Shown here: one piece after another, positions 1 to 12,309 of the stretch
How positions within the stretch are numbered: the first letter of the stretch is position 1
Layout of the letters: each line of letters opens with the position of its first letter
Assembly (NCBI RefSeq): GCF_001447785.1
Contig: NW_015161413.1
Coordinates: 103,045 to 167,044, forward strand
DNA: 64,000 nucleotides
Reading direction: 5' to 3'
Source of the DNA: Gekko japonicus
Taxonomy: Eukaryota
The notes under the pieces: model-generated
Told to the model about the DNA's origin: nothing
Seen by the model: only the letters and a program-made list of their open reading frames with translations
Databases searched by the model: none
Translations under genes and position numbers: made by a program

Positions 1-218
1 TAAAGTTATGCTGGGTAGAATCCCATGGTCAGAAATACTTAAGGAGAAGGGAGCTCAAGAGGGATGGGAGTTTCTTAAAAGTGAGATACTGAAGGCACAA
101 TCACAAATGATTCCTATGAGAAGGAAAAATGGGAGGAGCCTAAATAAGCCAAGGTGGCTCCATAAACAGCTTTCTATGGACTTGAAAAATAAAAAAATAC
201 TCATTCAAAAAGTGAAAG

Positions 219-282
219 GCTTCGGCAGCACATATACTAAAACTGAAATGATACAGAGAAGTTTAGCATGGCCCCTGCGTAA
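219..282 (+). pseudogene. RNU6: Truncated U6 snRNA copy (about U6 nt 7-70)
   Basis: gcttcggcagcacatatactaaaactgaaatgatacagagaagtttagcatggcccctgcgtaa matches vertebrate U6 with about 5 mismatches in 64 nt, including the ACAGAGA box; the 3' third is missing and there is no upstream PSE/TATA context. Confidence 0.93.
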
Positions 283-577
283 CAGAGAGCCGGGTTTGAT
301 CCCCCACTCCTCCACTTGCACTTGACTGGATGACTTTGGGCAAGCCATAATTCTGGCACAGCTGTTCTTGAAAAAAGAGCCGTTTCTGTCAGAGTTCTCT
401 CAGTCCCACCTACCTCACAGGTGCTAATGAGTCCCCCTAGCTCTTTTTCTATGAAATGACCCCTGCTCACAGGATGTCTGTTGTGGGGAGGGGAAGGGAA
501 AGGAGTTTGTAAGCTGCTCTGAGACACCTTTGGGTAGTGAAGGGCAGGGTATAAATCCAATCTCTTCTTCTTCTTCT
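283..577 (+). mobile_element. tRNA-derived Squam3-like SINE, 5'-truncated and fused to the U6 copy
   Basis: B-box region gccgggtttgatccccc, body cccacctacctcacagg, 3' end gtaagctgctctgagac...gggtataaatcc and (TCT)n tail; same family as the 8274, 27200 and 62315 copies. Confidence 0.85.
422..465. mobile_element. Single-end remnant of a hAT-type MITE inside the SINE
   Basis: Ends aaatgacccctg (the TIR of the 40093-40501 element); flanked by 8-bp duplication ctcacagg (414-421, 466-473). Confidence 0.7.
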
Positions 578-1014
578 AACAACAGATGTAATTTCTGAGC
601 CTCTGTCCATTATTTTTGAGAATTCTTGGAGAACAGGTGAAGTGCCGGATTGGAGATGGGCAAATGTTGTCCCCATCTTCAATATGGGTAAAAAAGATGA
701 TCTGGGTAACTATCGACCCATCAGCTTGACATCTAATACCTGGGAAAGTTTTAGAACAAATCATCAAACAGACAGTCCTTGAGCATTTAGAAAGGATGGT
801 TGTAATTTCTAAGAGCCAGCAAGGATTTCTCAAGAACAAGTCATGTCAGACTAACCTTATCTCTTTTTTGAGAAAGTTACTACCTTGCTGGATCAGGGGA
901 ATGCTGTAGACATAGTTTATCTTGATTTTAGTAAGGCTTTTGATAAGGTTCCACATAATATGCTTGTTGACAAATTGGAAAAATGTAGTTTGGATCCTAT
1001 GACTGTTAGGTGGA

Positions 1015-2092
1015 TGTTAGCCAATCTGCTTTATCTACAACAGATGGCAAACTAAATTTAATAAGGGTTCCCGCCAAAGTTTACGGAGGTTCTGTCCACC
1101 CCAAGAATGTCCCAGTGAGAGAGACGAGACTGGTGGATTTCAAGAATTTAAAAATCACATACACACAAAAACAGAATCACACACACATACAATCAAGTTC
1201 CCTTAGGATTACAGCAATAGAAAAATAGTTCCCTTTTACTTAGGAGGTAGGCAGGTATCGGTTTATACTTATCTTTCTTGAAGCCTTGTCTGATGCAATG
1301 AAGAACAGGGGAAGAAATAGTACCTAGGGATATTTCTAATTCACACTGCTAGAACCAGCCAGCAAAGTGTGGACCTCTTTGGCTGCAGTCCAAGAGATCA
1401 AGAATAGACAATGGGGTTGTTTGATAGTAAGCTGGACTTTAGGGGATAAAAGTAGACAGAGGATGATGAAGGGGAATGTGGCTAGCAAAGGACCCTGCAC
1501 ATGGTCCCTAGCTTTTATAGGTGAATATTTGGGGTGGTTGGCAACCTTGCCATCCTGAGATCCACCTACTTGTTAGTCCGTCCCATCCCTACATCTTATT
1601 GGTGTGTGTAGTAAGGGGCAGAACCTTTAAGGGTTGGGTCAATATTGAAATACTAGATCTAACTCAGGACAAGCCATCTGGTCAGGTGTGAAATCTCAGC
1701 GTCAAGACATCACCTTGAAGTGCAGATAGATACCGGCTTCCCCAGGCAATCAAAGCAACATCTTCCAGGAAATGGCAATTCAGATGAAGATCAGATCTGT
1801 GTATTGAGTGACATCCAGTCCTTCAGTAATGGGGGATTACTTGTCTTTAAACTGTGGTTTCTGCTAACAATGGTGAAATGTGCTTCTTCCCCTGAGGCCA
1901 GGATCTTGTATATCTACAAGCTTCATTAACATGAAATGCAGGTAGCACTTTCTCTGTGTAAGCTCTAAAAACAAGTAATTCAAGCAGCTTTCCCTAAGCC
2001 TAGGGTGTATGTGTATGCACAGTTCATGTAAAGTTTGTGTGTGTCAGCAGATATAGATCCATAAACATAAAATATCAGTCTCTTTCTCAACA
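1015..2092. mobile_element. Solo LTR (about 1.08 kb) inserted in CR1
   Basis: TG...CA ends (tgttag...ctcaaca), 4-bp TSD tgga (1011-1014, 2093-2096); the CR1 sequence is contiguous across it. Confidence 0.85.
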
Positions 2093-3379
2093 TGGATCTG
2101 TAACTGGTTCACAGGTCACACCCAAAGTGTGATTGTGAATGGTTCCTCATCTTCTTGGAGAGGAGTGACAAGTGGAGTGCCTCAAGGATCTCTCCTGGGA
2201 TCTGTTTTGTTCAACATCTTTATCAATGATTTGGATGAAGGGATAGAGGGAATGCTTATCAAATTTGCAGATGATACTAAATTGGGAGGAGTAGCAAATA
2301 TGGTAGAAGACAGAATCAGGATACAGGATGATCTTGACAGGCTGGAAAACTTGGCTAAAACAAATAAAATGAATTTCAGTGAGGATAATGTAAAGTTCTG
2401 TAGGAAAAATCAAATGTATAATTATAGGTTGGGGGAGACTTGTCTTGGCAGTAGTATGTGCGAAAAGGATCTAGGGGTCTTAATAGACCATACAGTGTGA
2501 TGTGGTTGCTAAAAAGGCAAATGTGATTTTGGGCTGTATCAACTGAAGTATAGTGTCCAGATCATGAGATGTGATGGTACCACTTTACTCTGCTCTGGTT
2601 AGACCTCATCTAGAGTATTGTGTTCAGTTTTGGGCACCACAATTACAGAAGGATATAGACAAGCTGGAACATGTCCATAGGAGAGCAATGAAGATGGTGA
2701 AGGGTCCGGAAACCAAGTCCTATGAGGAAAGGTTGAAGGAGCTTAGTATGTTTAGCCTGGAGAGGAGACGACTGAGAGGTGATATGATAACCATCTTCAA
2801 GTACTTGAAGGGCTGTCATCTAGAGGATGATACGGAGTTGTTTTCTGTTGCCCCAGAAGGTCAGACCAGAACCAATGGGTTGAAATTAAATCAGAAGAGT
2901 ATTTAGCTAAACATTAGGAAGAACTTCCTCACAGTTAGAGTGGTTCCCCAGTGGAATAGGCTTCCTCAGGAAGTGGTGGGATCTCCTTCTTTCGAGGTTT
3001 TCAAACAGAGGCTAGATGGCCATCTGACAGCAATGCATTCTGTGAACTTAGGCAGATCGTGAGAGAGAGGGCAGGAAGGGTTGCATCAGTGCTTAGTTCT
3101 TGTCGTCCTTTTTTACACACCCAAGGAAATACTGGTTGCCACTTTGGGGTCAGGAAGCAATCCTGCAGGGTTTTTTTGGTCATCTTCTGGGCGTGGAACA
3201 ACAATCACTGTGGGTGTGGAGCGGGAGGCATTTGTGAATTTCCTGCACTGTGCAGGGGGTTGGACTAGATGACCCTGGAGGTTCCTTCCAACTCTATGAT
3301 TCTATGATTCTAAGTAGCTCCCCAACATTCTTTCCATTCCCAGTCAAGGTCATCTCTCTGGCACACTACAGAACTCAGG

Positions 3380-4170
3380 GGGATGAAATAGGAACTCAAA
3401 ACTATTTGAGTGAGTTTGGCAGCGCACTTGCAATGAAGCTGCAAGAACATCTTATAAGACATCTATGAAATCCTATGAGGTGGCAGTGAAGGCTGCAAAA
3501 AGAGAATTCTGTTCTATTGCATCTGCTAGTTCTCACCCAGTACAATTGTTTAGGTTGATTAGATCATTGACATCTCTCATACAGAGGACTCAAATTGGTA
3601 GTAATTTGGCCATTGGCTGTGAGGCTTTTGTGAGCTTTTGCAGATAAAGTTTTGTCGCTCCGCCGTGACTTACCTGTCAATGTTGATATGGTAAGAGAAC
3701 TGGAGGCCCCTTGGCCACCTTTGGGCTTGGTGATTGACAACTTTAGTTGGCTCTCCAAGGCCAATGTAGACAGGATTCTGGGTGCTGTTAGGCCAACCAT
3801 ATGCCTCTTGGATCTTGGAAAGCCAGAGATGAGAGGATACAGGCCCACTGGTGGACATTATCAATTTGTTCCTGGAGTCAGGGGTCTAGCCAGAGGGTCT
3901 GAAATAGCCAACTTCGGATCCTACATATCCTTCCAGTTACCACCAAGTTTTGAATTTGTCATTTCTGGGTAAGGTAATTGAGAGAGCAGTAGTTAAACAG
4001 CTCCAGAGTTTGCTAGATGACAGATTGGCACTGGATCCATTCCAGTCCAGTTTTCTCTCTGGCCACGGGATGGAGATGGTGCTGATTGCCTTTACATATG
4101 ATCTTCATAAACAGTTGGATCGCGGCAGGTCAGCGTTACTCAATCTCACAGCAGTGTGCGATACAGTCAA
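3380..4170 (+). mobile_element. L2-type LINE RT fragment, degenerate
   Basis: Peptide NLSFLGKVIERAVVKQLQSLLD..LDPFQSSFLSGHGMEMVL resembles the start of an L2 RT; frameshifted. Confidence 0.75.
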
Positions 4171-4999
4171 CCTCACAACAACCTTGTGAAGTTAGGCCAA
4201 GAGTGTGTGACTGGCCCAGGGTTACCCAGCAAGATTCCAAGGCACCCTTGCTGTGGTGCTTTGGAAGGAACTGACTGGAGGGGGTGGTGAAATTGTACCT
4301 TTGTTGGGGTGACAGAAGACCTGGAACTGGCCCTTGGTCTGCTGAATACTCAGACAATAGGACTGTAGGAATGCAGAACCACAGATGTCCTTCACAAACA
4401 AGTGAGGCAAAGAGTACAGATGTACAGATCCTTCCTTGTGATTTGCATGGATATTTCTGGCTTGCTAATAGGTGACACTGCATGTTTCAGCACTTCTTTG
4501 CCGAAAACAGATACACAATTTTTGCAAGGGTCGGGTTTTCCAGTTTGTTCTTTCTCATATATTCTTGGAGGTTAGTTTGGATCCAAGCATTACTGCATAA
4601 TGTTCACCATTTAAAGGTATAGAGATCTGGCTTAACTGTGTATTTTCTTTTTTAAAAAAGAAAGAAGTAGAGATACATATACATTTGTGCTTCTCTTGTA
4701 AAAACTTTTCATTGCTATGCTGCGATTCAGAGTGCTGTGCTCTGTTCATGACCCATTTCCAACTAAGGAATGACTGAGCTTTCTGCTGTGAAATTAATAA
4801 AGCACAAGTTGGAAATAGATCACTTCAACATTCAAATGTAGCTCATAAAGTAGAATGTTAATCCAGAGACCTCCCAAAGGGATACCTTTATTTTGTCCTG
4901 GTGTTCTGATGGTGGTGATGGTATGCAATTAATAGCAGCCCAGACAAGTCACCAAGATTCAGAGATTTGTCCAGCTGCTGCTTATAGCAGGTGCCTATA

Positions 5000-5198
5000 A
5001 TTTTAATTGCCGGCTCTGGGTTTTGGAAATACCTGGAGATCTGAGGGTGGAGCTTGGGCAGGATAGGGTTTGAGAAGGGGGAGGGACCTCAGTGGGGTAT
5101 AATGCCATACAGTCCACCCCCCATAGCTGCCATTTTCCCCATGGGAACTGATCTCTGTAGTCTGGAGATGCAGGCTCCACCTAGACGTTGGCAGTACT
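5000..5198. mobile_element. Degenerate non-autonomous DNA element; a related copy lies in opposite orientation at 35431-35648
   Basis: Shared internal motif ggggtataatgccatacagtccaccc; the 35431 copy ends in ggcaacccta. Confidence 0.55.
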
Positions 5199-5225
5199 AT
5201 ATACAATACAGATTTTCCTCTTGAG

Positions 5226-5428
5226 TGTTCCCTCTAAGCTGAGTTAGTGTGAGCTAGCTCACAGTTTTTCAGCCTCCGGCTCACACATTTTTGCCTTGGC
5301 TCAGGAAGGAGGGCTCCAGAGCCAACTAATTTCTGCAGTAGCCAAATCACTCACTCACAGCTTTAATGCCAGTAGCTCACAAAGTAGAATTTTTGCTCAC
5401 AAGACTCCACAGCTTAGAGGGAACATTG
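5226..5428. mobile_element. hAT-type MITE (about 205 bp)
   Basis: TIR tgttccctctaagctg/cagcttagagggaaca; nearly identical to 9806-10011; partial TSD cttgag. Confidence 0.85.
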
Positions 5429-6165
5429 CTTGAGACCTAAATTACTGTACTTCACGTAGTTCATTACAGGTGACAAATTTGTGTTTATATGCTCCTGCTG
5501 CAGTCTGTCTTTAAAGAATGTGAAAATAGCCGTCAGCACAGTGTCATGCTTCTTAGAGTGGCAGACTAGGTCTGGAGAAATCCGGGTACATATTACTCCA
5601 GTATCAACTTATTGGGCAGCCTTAGTCCAGTCACACTCTTTTAGATTCTTCTACCACACATGATTGTTGTGGGGATGAAATGGAGGAGAACAGAGCCATA
5701 AATGCTGCCTGTTGGACAGTAATGGTGTCAACAATTATGGGCCACATTTCTCTCCCAATAAGGCAATGACATGGGGTGAGGAAAGGGCCTAGCCTTCCAA
5801 GAAAGACTATACAGATCTTGAACATTTTTCATTTTAATTTTGTTCCACATCAAAACTCTCAGGAGCTCTATCTACTTAACCAGGGTCCATATAACTAATT
5901 GCGATATAATTATTTCATGTCTTTCCAATTTCTTCGTAGTTTTTATTATATAATGGAACATGAGCACAAATGAAGCAAATGTTTACTGGAAACAAAATAT
6001 ATCTGTTAACACAATGCAAACAGTACTCTGATATTTTAAAAGCCTATTCTGTTGATTTAAGGATGTCAAAGAGGAGATTCCAGCAGAAATATATGCAACA
6101 CTTTCTCAATCCCCAAACACACCATGCCAGCAACTTCATGTATTACATCCTTTCCCCATTTTTTA

Positions 6166-6410
6166 CCAGTGTGGTGTAAGAGTGGCAAACTCTAATCTGG
6201 AGAGCTGGGTTGGATTCCCTACTCCTCCACCTGAAGCCTGCTGGGTGACCTTGGGCCAGTCACAGTCCTCAGAGCTCTCTCAGCCCCACCTACTTCACAA
6301 GCTGACTGCTGTGGGGAGAGAAAGGGAAGGCAATTGTAAGCCACTTTGAGACTCCTTAAGGTAGACATAAGAGAGGTATAAAAACCTATGATGATGATGA
6401 TGACAATGAT
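6166..6410 (+). mobile_element. Squam3-like tRNA SINE
   Basis: Head tctaatctggagagctgggttggattccc, family body, (GAT)n tail. Confidence 0.8.
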
Positions 6411-6663
6411 TTTAACATGAAATCCAGGTCTAGACTTTCTTACCAGCTTTTCCCCTTTTTTCCATTGTTTGTTTCATTCAGTCTTCATTTTTTAGAGTTA
6501 TTTTTCTTTTCCTAATATTTGGGACAAATACTTCACTCTAGATGCTAAGTTAAACCCTGATTTCTAAACCAACAGCTAAATTTTATGATTTATTTATTAT
6601 TATCCCTACATGAAAGAGCATGAGAAGCAGAACTGCTGTTGTGGCAGTAGTTCATAACAGTTT

Positions 6664-6750
6664 TTGTTGTTGTTGTTGTTCAGTCGCACAGTCGAGTCCG
6701 ATTCTTCACGACCCCATGGACCAGATCATGCCAGGTCTTCCTGTCTTCAG
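6664..6750 (-). mobile_element. Bov-B 3' end fragment
   Basis: (TTG)n followed by ttcagtcgcacagtcgagtccga, as in the 47777 copy. Confidence 0.8.
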
Positions 6751-7146
6751 TTCATAACTGTACATGACCACAATTAAGAAAAATATGAAATAGGGGTGCT
6801 GGCCCTGGGCACCCTGGGGAGACTTGGCCGGGGTGGGATTTACTGTAATGGTGATCAACCAATGCTGTGACGTCACTACCAGATATATAGATGGAATTAT
6901 ATCAAAGCACTGCAGGACACTCCAGAATTCTCCCAAAACTCTATGGTAAAACCACAAAATTTTGAGTCAATCCTAGAGCATTCTGCAACCTGGGAAAGGA
7001 TGTCAGAACATCAGATGACCACTGTTTCACTCCTCATTTCCCTCCCACCACCTCATTGGGTGCTGGCAGGGGACAGAGGCTTGCTTGGCAGTGTCAAAAT
7101 GACAAAATGCTCAGATAATTCAGAAGGAAGGGGTAGAACAGTCAGA

Positions 7147-7287
7147 GGCTGCAATCAAACACACTAATCAATCCACTTTCAGTGCACTTTCAAACTGGAT
7201 TTTGCCAGTTCACTACAGTAAAATCCATCTGGAAAGTGCATTAAAAGTGGATTGAAAGTGGATTATTTAGTGTGTGTGATCCCAGAC
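7147..7287. repeat. Palindromic fold-back MITE-like element
   Basis: Arms cacactaatcaatccactttca and tgaaagtggattatttagtgtg are near reverse complements. Confidence 0.65.
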
Positions 7288-8273
7288 AGAGTAATCCCAG
7301 AATATGGCTGTTAAAATGCTTCTTAAAATACCAATAAAGGTACAAAAATCAAATTATAGTTTTGTGGGATCAAAGAGGTAATTTTTGGAGGAAAAATGAG
7401 CTAGTAGGGGAACTTCAACACTCTTGTCTTTTCACTGGAATTGAATGCGTGGTGCTCAGCTTTACCGCACTCATTATTTTCGAGTCCTACAATTACTTTC
7501 TCTGTGTAAATAAGTGATTGCTTTGGCTTTGTGTAAAATGTCCCATTTATTAGCCTGTGAGGGATAATGCTCACTATTTATGCAGCCTTGGAAGTTAAAT
7601 ATATCTTGAAGGCACAGATTTTGATTTATGTTCAAAAACCAGAACATAGCTTCCTGAGCATCTCTCTGAAACTGGAGCACTGCAGGGCCATGACAAGCAG
7701 AATAAATCAGACTGGAAGTAGACATTAGGGGAAAGACGTGCCTGCTGCCCAAAACAGGGACTCCTCTTCCCTCCCTTTAATCCGGGCCATAGCCATCCTT
7801 TCTCAATGGGTGGGTCAGGCTTTCCCCAGCCAGTGTGCGGGGAGGGGTGCTATGACTTTTTGGTTGTGTGATCCCTGTGAAGCTGACACTGAAAGAATTC
7901 AACTCCAAGGCTTGAACAAGTGAGCCATCCCTGCTTTAAACGATGTCTCCCTCCCTTTAAACACTTTGCCATTCTCACAGTTATGAGAGCTAAGTGGGCA
8001 TGACCTGCTATTCTTCAAACGTCAGTTTTTATACAAAGTTATTTATCTGAGAAAAAAAAAACTTCTAGGCAAGGTGAAACCGTGCTCCACTTGAGGCAGT
8101 ACACACCCTGTCTTGGTGACATCCCTGCCCCTGATACAAAACATGTCACATGATGCCACCATTCTGTGAGTTTCAGCAGAGTGACATCACACCAAGGGAG
8201 AAATGAGGAAAAGACTCAGAGGCCCCTGTTAGGAGCAGAAGCCTAATTTCTCTAGTACTAACCAGTTCTGTCA

Positions 8274-8490
8274 GCCAGCATAGTGTAGTGGTTAAGAGCA
8301 GTGGACTCTAATCAGGAGAACCGGGTTTGATTCCCCCACTCCTCCACAGGTAGCCTGCTGGGTGACCTAGGGCCACTAACAGTTCTCTCAGAAAGCTCTC
8401 AGCCCCACCTACCTCACAAGGTGCTCGTTGAAGGGAAGGGAAGGAGATTGTAAGTGGCTTTGAGACTCCTTAAGGTAGAGAAAAGAGGGG
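8274..8490 (+). mobile_element. Squam3-like tRNA SINE with its tail split off by a solo LTR
   Basis: A box tagtgtagtggttaa, B box ggtttgattccc; tail remnant cagaaaaacc resumes at 9745. Confidence 0.85.
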
Positions 8491-9739
8491 TGTGCTGGAA
8501 CAGGCCTGCTTGACTTGTAGATCCTGCTCTGCCTACTCCCTCCTCTGGGTTGCCACTTTCTGGGGGGAGCTATTCCTTCCACTAGGGTATTCACTGCCAC
8601 TACACTACCTGCTCATTTTAGGGGTTCCCCACTGATAGGAACAGGACTCTCAGTTCCCCTTCCTAGTTCTGAGGCCTGGCCTCAAGGTCTCCTGCAACTC
8701 AGCTCCTGGTTACTACAGAGACCAAGGGCTGCTTTGGGGCTCCCTTGGAAAGATGGCCATGTGCCCACTGGCCTCTTCCTCCCTCCCTGGGGGTCCCTCT
8801 TGCAAAACAATGTGTACAAAGTGCTTAAGGAAACGATGTGGTAAAAAGGAAAAGGTTATAAGCATACTTGAGCACTGCACCAAATCAGCAAACGGAAGAA
8901 CAAAAGAAAGGTGGATATAAATGCAATTACTTCTGTTCCTGTTGGCTAAACATACCCCAACTGATATTAAAATATGGTAGGCATTACTTTTCTTAAGAAG
9001 TTACAGTGTTCCCATGGAGGTCGTCAGGGCTATTTTGGGGCAGGAACGCACAGGAACAGAGTTCTGGCTGGCTTCAGAGTTGGCCATGCCCACTACAGCC
9101 AAAACATCTGCGTACGTGGCTACAGAGGGAAGGGGTGCCCGGGTAAGCCAAGGGAAGGCAGTTTAAACTGCCTTCCCTTCAAGGGGGGACTTTCCCGGGC
9201 TCCCCACAGCCACGGGGTGCCCGGGCAAGCCAAGGGAAGGCATGGGGATGTGGCCTAATATGCTAATGAGTTTCTGCTGTTGGGTGTGATCTATTATGCT
9301 AATGAGTTTCCACTGGACTTTTTCTACAAAAAAAGCCCTGGAGGTCGTATTACCTAGAATACCACATGGTCCAAAAATGATGGCCACCACAACTGCCCTT
9401 TGCCCAGAGGTCTGTCCCCTCCAAAGAAGCAGCACCAAGAGACCTTTCTTCCCCAGTGGGAATATTTAAAAATGCTGCTCCCAACCCAAGAACTGGTACA
9501 ATGCCACTCAGAGCACCACTGGGGAATCTCCCAAAGCATGCCTGGGAGCTTCCTCCCTTCCTCCTGTCTCTCTAGTAAACGGATCCCTTCTCTGTGGCTG
9601 AGAAGGGAAGCGGGGAAGAGAGCTTCCTGCCTTAGCCAGTTGTAATCTGACTCCCTGCTCCCATCTCCAGCCCATAGGAAAAAAACACAGCCCTTTTAAA
9701 AAACAGACCCAGAAAAAGATGGGGAGGCATTTCTTCACA
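8491..9739. mobile_element. Solo LTR containing a nested MITE
   Basis: tgtg...caca ends, 5-bp TSD agggg (8486-8490, 9740-9744); the SINE tail continues after it. Confidence 0.7.
9025..9340. mobile_element. hAT-type MITE
   Basis: TIR cagggctatttt/aaaaaagccctg and perfect 8-bp TSD gaggtcgt (9017-9024, 9341-9348). Confidence 0.88.
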
Positions 9740-9805
9740 AGGGGCAGAAAAACCTTCTGGGTTCAGTCACTTTCTATAAAAGATGTTGGTCCAGGTGGTC
9801 CAGGG

Positions 9806-10011
9806 CAGTGTTCCCTCTAAGCTGAGTTAGTGTGAGCTAGCTCACAGTTTTTCAGCTTCCAGCTCACACATTTTTGTCATAGCTCAGGGAGGATGGCTCC
9901 AGAGCAAACTAATTGATGCAACAGCCAAATCCCTCACTCACAATTTTAATGCCAGTAGCTCACAAAGTAGAATTTTTGCTCACAAGACTCCACAGCTTAG
10001 AGGGAACATTG
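9806..10011. mobile_element. hAT-type MITE (same family as 5226-5428)
   Basis: TIR cagtgttccctctaagctg/cagcttagagggaacattg; perfect 8-bp TSD gtccaggg (9798-9805, 10012-10019). Confidence 0.9.
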
Positions 10012-10679
10012 GTCCAGGGTGATCTGGGAAGTGGAAACATCTGGAAAACCTGGTGTCAACATCAGCAAACTCCTAGGCAATGGTGGAGGTAGAATTCTCT
10101 CCAGCCTTGGAAACACAAATTGGGGCCCTCCAAAGCTTGACAGGCACTGCTGACTGCCAATTAGAGAGCTCCCATTCAGCTCTATGGGATCTGAAAACTA
10201 TATAAGGATTGGGCACAGCCCAGCATTCCTTTGTTGGGAGTTTGCGGTGACTAGGAGGGAACCAATATTGTATTTCTGAATCTGCAATTAATAGCATATG
10301 TAAGTTGATCAGATTCAGCTTTGCTGGGCAGGGAAGGGGAGGGGATTGCTTTGCTCTTAGCTCTGTGTGTGCCACAGCACCCAGCCTTTCTGTTCACATT
10401 GAGCAGTGGGGCTTTGCTTGTGAGTCCCTGAAGAGGACCTACATTTCTACACTCAGCCCCTCCTTTTGTCAAAACTTCCTGGGCTGTGTGTACTGTGTTT
10501 ACTGGGCCAGGGCTCCATGTGCCACACCCAGCCTGGGGCTTTGCTTTGCTTCTGCTGTGGTTGGTTTCTGTAATTTCCGGCTCTCTCTCTCTCTCTCTTC
10601 CCTTCTACTGGGGGCTTTGGGTGTTTGTGAGTCAGGGCTCTGATTCCACAGCATCTCCTCTCACACTGGGCGGTGGGGC

Positions 10680-11160
10680 ATAGCTAGTAGGTGCCTCTTC
10701 CTGGGGGTACCTTCTTTGGTGGGACATAACTTGGACCCCCTCTCAGTTCATCACACACATAACTTGGAAGGCATGTAGGGAGGCATCCTGGGGCAGTCTG
10801 CTGAGAGTTTGATGCCCTTAGATCACACAGGGTCTGTTCTATATACTCCAGAATGCACACTTGACGTCTCCCCCAAAAGCACTTTTCTGGGGGCACCTGC
10901 TTTGGGGGGCTGTAACCTGGGCCCCATAAGTCCAATATTCACCAAATTTGGTGAGACAGTAGAGGAGAGTCAATTGGATATCCCTTTGAGTTTGGAGTCT
11001 TTAGCACCCCAGTGTGTGGGGTGGGTGGGTGGGTGTTCTGCCACATCTCAAACTTCCCAGACCAGTTTGGTCCATGTGAGGCTGGTTTGGTTTGTGAGTT
11101 TGGTCCATTGGCCACCATGGACCCCGAACCAAACCACCTTTTTTCCAGTCCATGTCCATC
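10680..11160. mobile_element. Fragment of a non-autonomous DNA transposon; related sequence at 20130-20550
   Basis: Shared motif gggggcacct..tttggggggc...caccaaa; internal inverted repeats; boundaries approximate. Confidence 0.5.
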
Positions 11161-12309
11161 TGCTGTCTGAGCTTCAGTGTCAGTGGACTTGTACTGGTGC
11201 AGCCCTCCCAGGAGATAAGGGCTGGGTTTCAGCAGGGCATGTTATAGGCAAGGTTGCAAAGAGTAACCAGGGTCCAGTCCAAAAGTCAGGGGTTCCAAAG
11301 AGCAGGTATGCCAAGTCCAGGGGAGGGTCAAGGGATCCAGGCAGCAAGTCCAAATCCAGTCCAGGATCAGGATGAGCTAGATGGGCTGGGAGTGACTTCT
11401 GGAGACTACTGCTTCAGAGCTACAAGGCGATGGATCGGTTTCAGCTGTAGGCTGTGACTTCTGATCAGCTGGTAACCTGACCTCTTGTTGCTTTCCTCCT
11501 GGCTCAGAGCCAGCTGCAGCTGGTTGTTCAGTTACTGGCTAGCTGCAGGCAGCTCTTTGTCTGAGGAATCCATCTGGTCACTAAGCACAGAGTGTCTAAC
11601 AAAGCATTCTCTAGTTTGTGAAAGTGTAGATCTGTTGATCTTTAAAATGCTTTCCAGACTCTTTCTAGTTTTTGCTGCAACAGATTAACACAGGTACTCC
11701 TCTGGAAAGTGGGAAACACAGCACATTGTCATTACAGGAAGATCTGTATAACTTTTATCCAAAAAGCATGGTTTCACTGAAACGAGACCTTCATACTAAT
11801 CTTGTTGCAAAGACAAAACTGTCTTAAATGTTTTACAAAGATGAACTGGGGTGTGTGTGTGGAGATTTTTTGGTCAGTGCAAAGATACCAAGGAGGAAGA
11901 GAACTATTACAAAGATTAAAATGTTAAATAATGCAATAATCACATCTATTAAGTGTTAAGTATCTGCTTAGCTCTTCCAGTTAACTGGACTGGAACTCAT
12001 TCAAATTAAAATACTGAAGAATGTTAATTCAGTAACATGCCCCTGCTCATGATTAAAATCAGGAATAATCTAATGACAAATAAGCTGGGTAGTATATTCC
12101 TCACCTTTGTCTCTTCTTCAGATTCTTTTTGCACTATGAAATTATAGCTGCAAATTAAGTAGTAACCTCCATGCCATACCTCAAAAAAAAAGGGGGGGGA
12201 GAACCACATTAAAGGGTCTAGATAGCATGCTGCTGATTAATTCCAGAACTTCACCCACAGGATGTTTTTTGTGTTTAAATACTGTCTGTCCTTGGAGAGG
12301 AAACATTGT

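Larger units (their letters stand above)
1..3312 (+). mobile_element. CR1 LINE: degenerate ORF2 (RT) plus 3' UTR, interrupted by insertions at 219-577 and 1015-2092
   Basis: CR1 RT peptides VTSGVPQGSLLGSVLFNIFINDLD..KFADDTKLGG (2129-2500) and [18 protein letters not shown] (2571-2906); CR1 3' octamer tail ctatgattctatgattcta near 3294-3312; many stops and frameshifts. Confidence 0.93.

Noticed and set aside
219-282. Functional U6 snRNA gene
   Set aside because: Lacks the first 6 nt, the 3' third, the terminator and the upstream promoter; embedded in CR1.
10809-11375. 188-aa ORF
   Set aside because: Spans a DNA-transposon fragment and an LTR-like region; no recognisable domain.
11164-11601. 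Additional solo LTR
   Set aside because: LTR-like composition, but no convincing TG..CA and TSD pair could be fixed.
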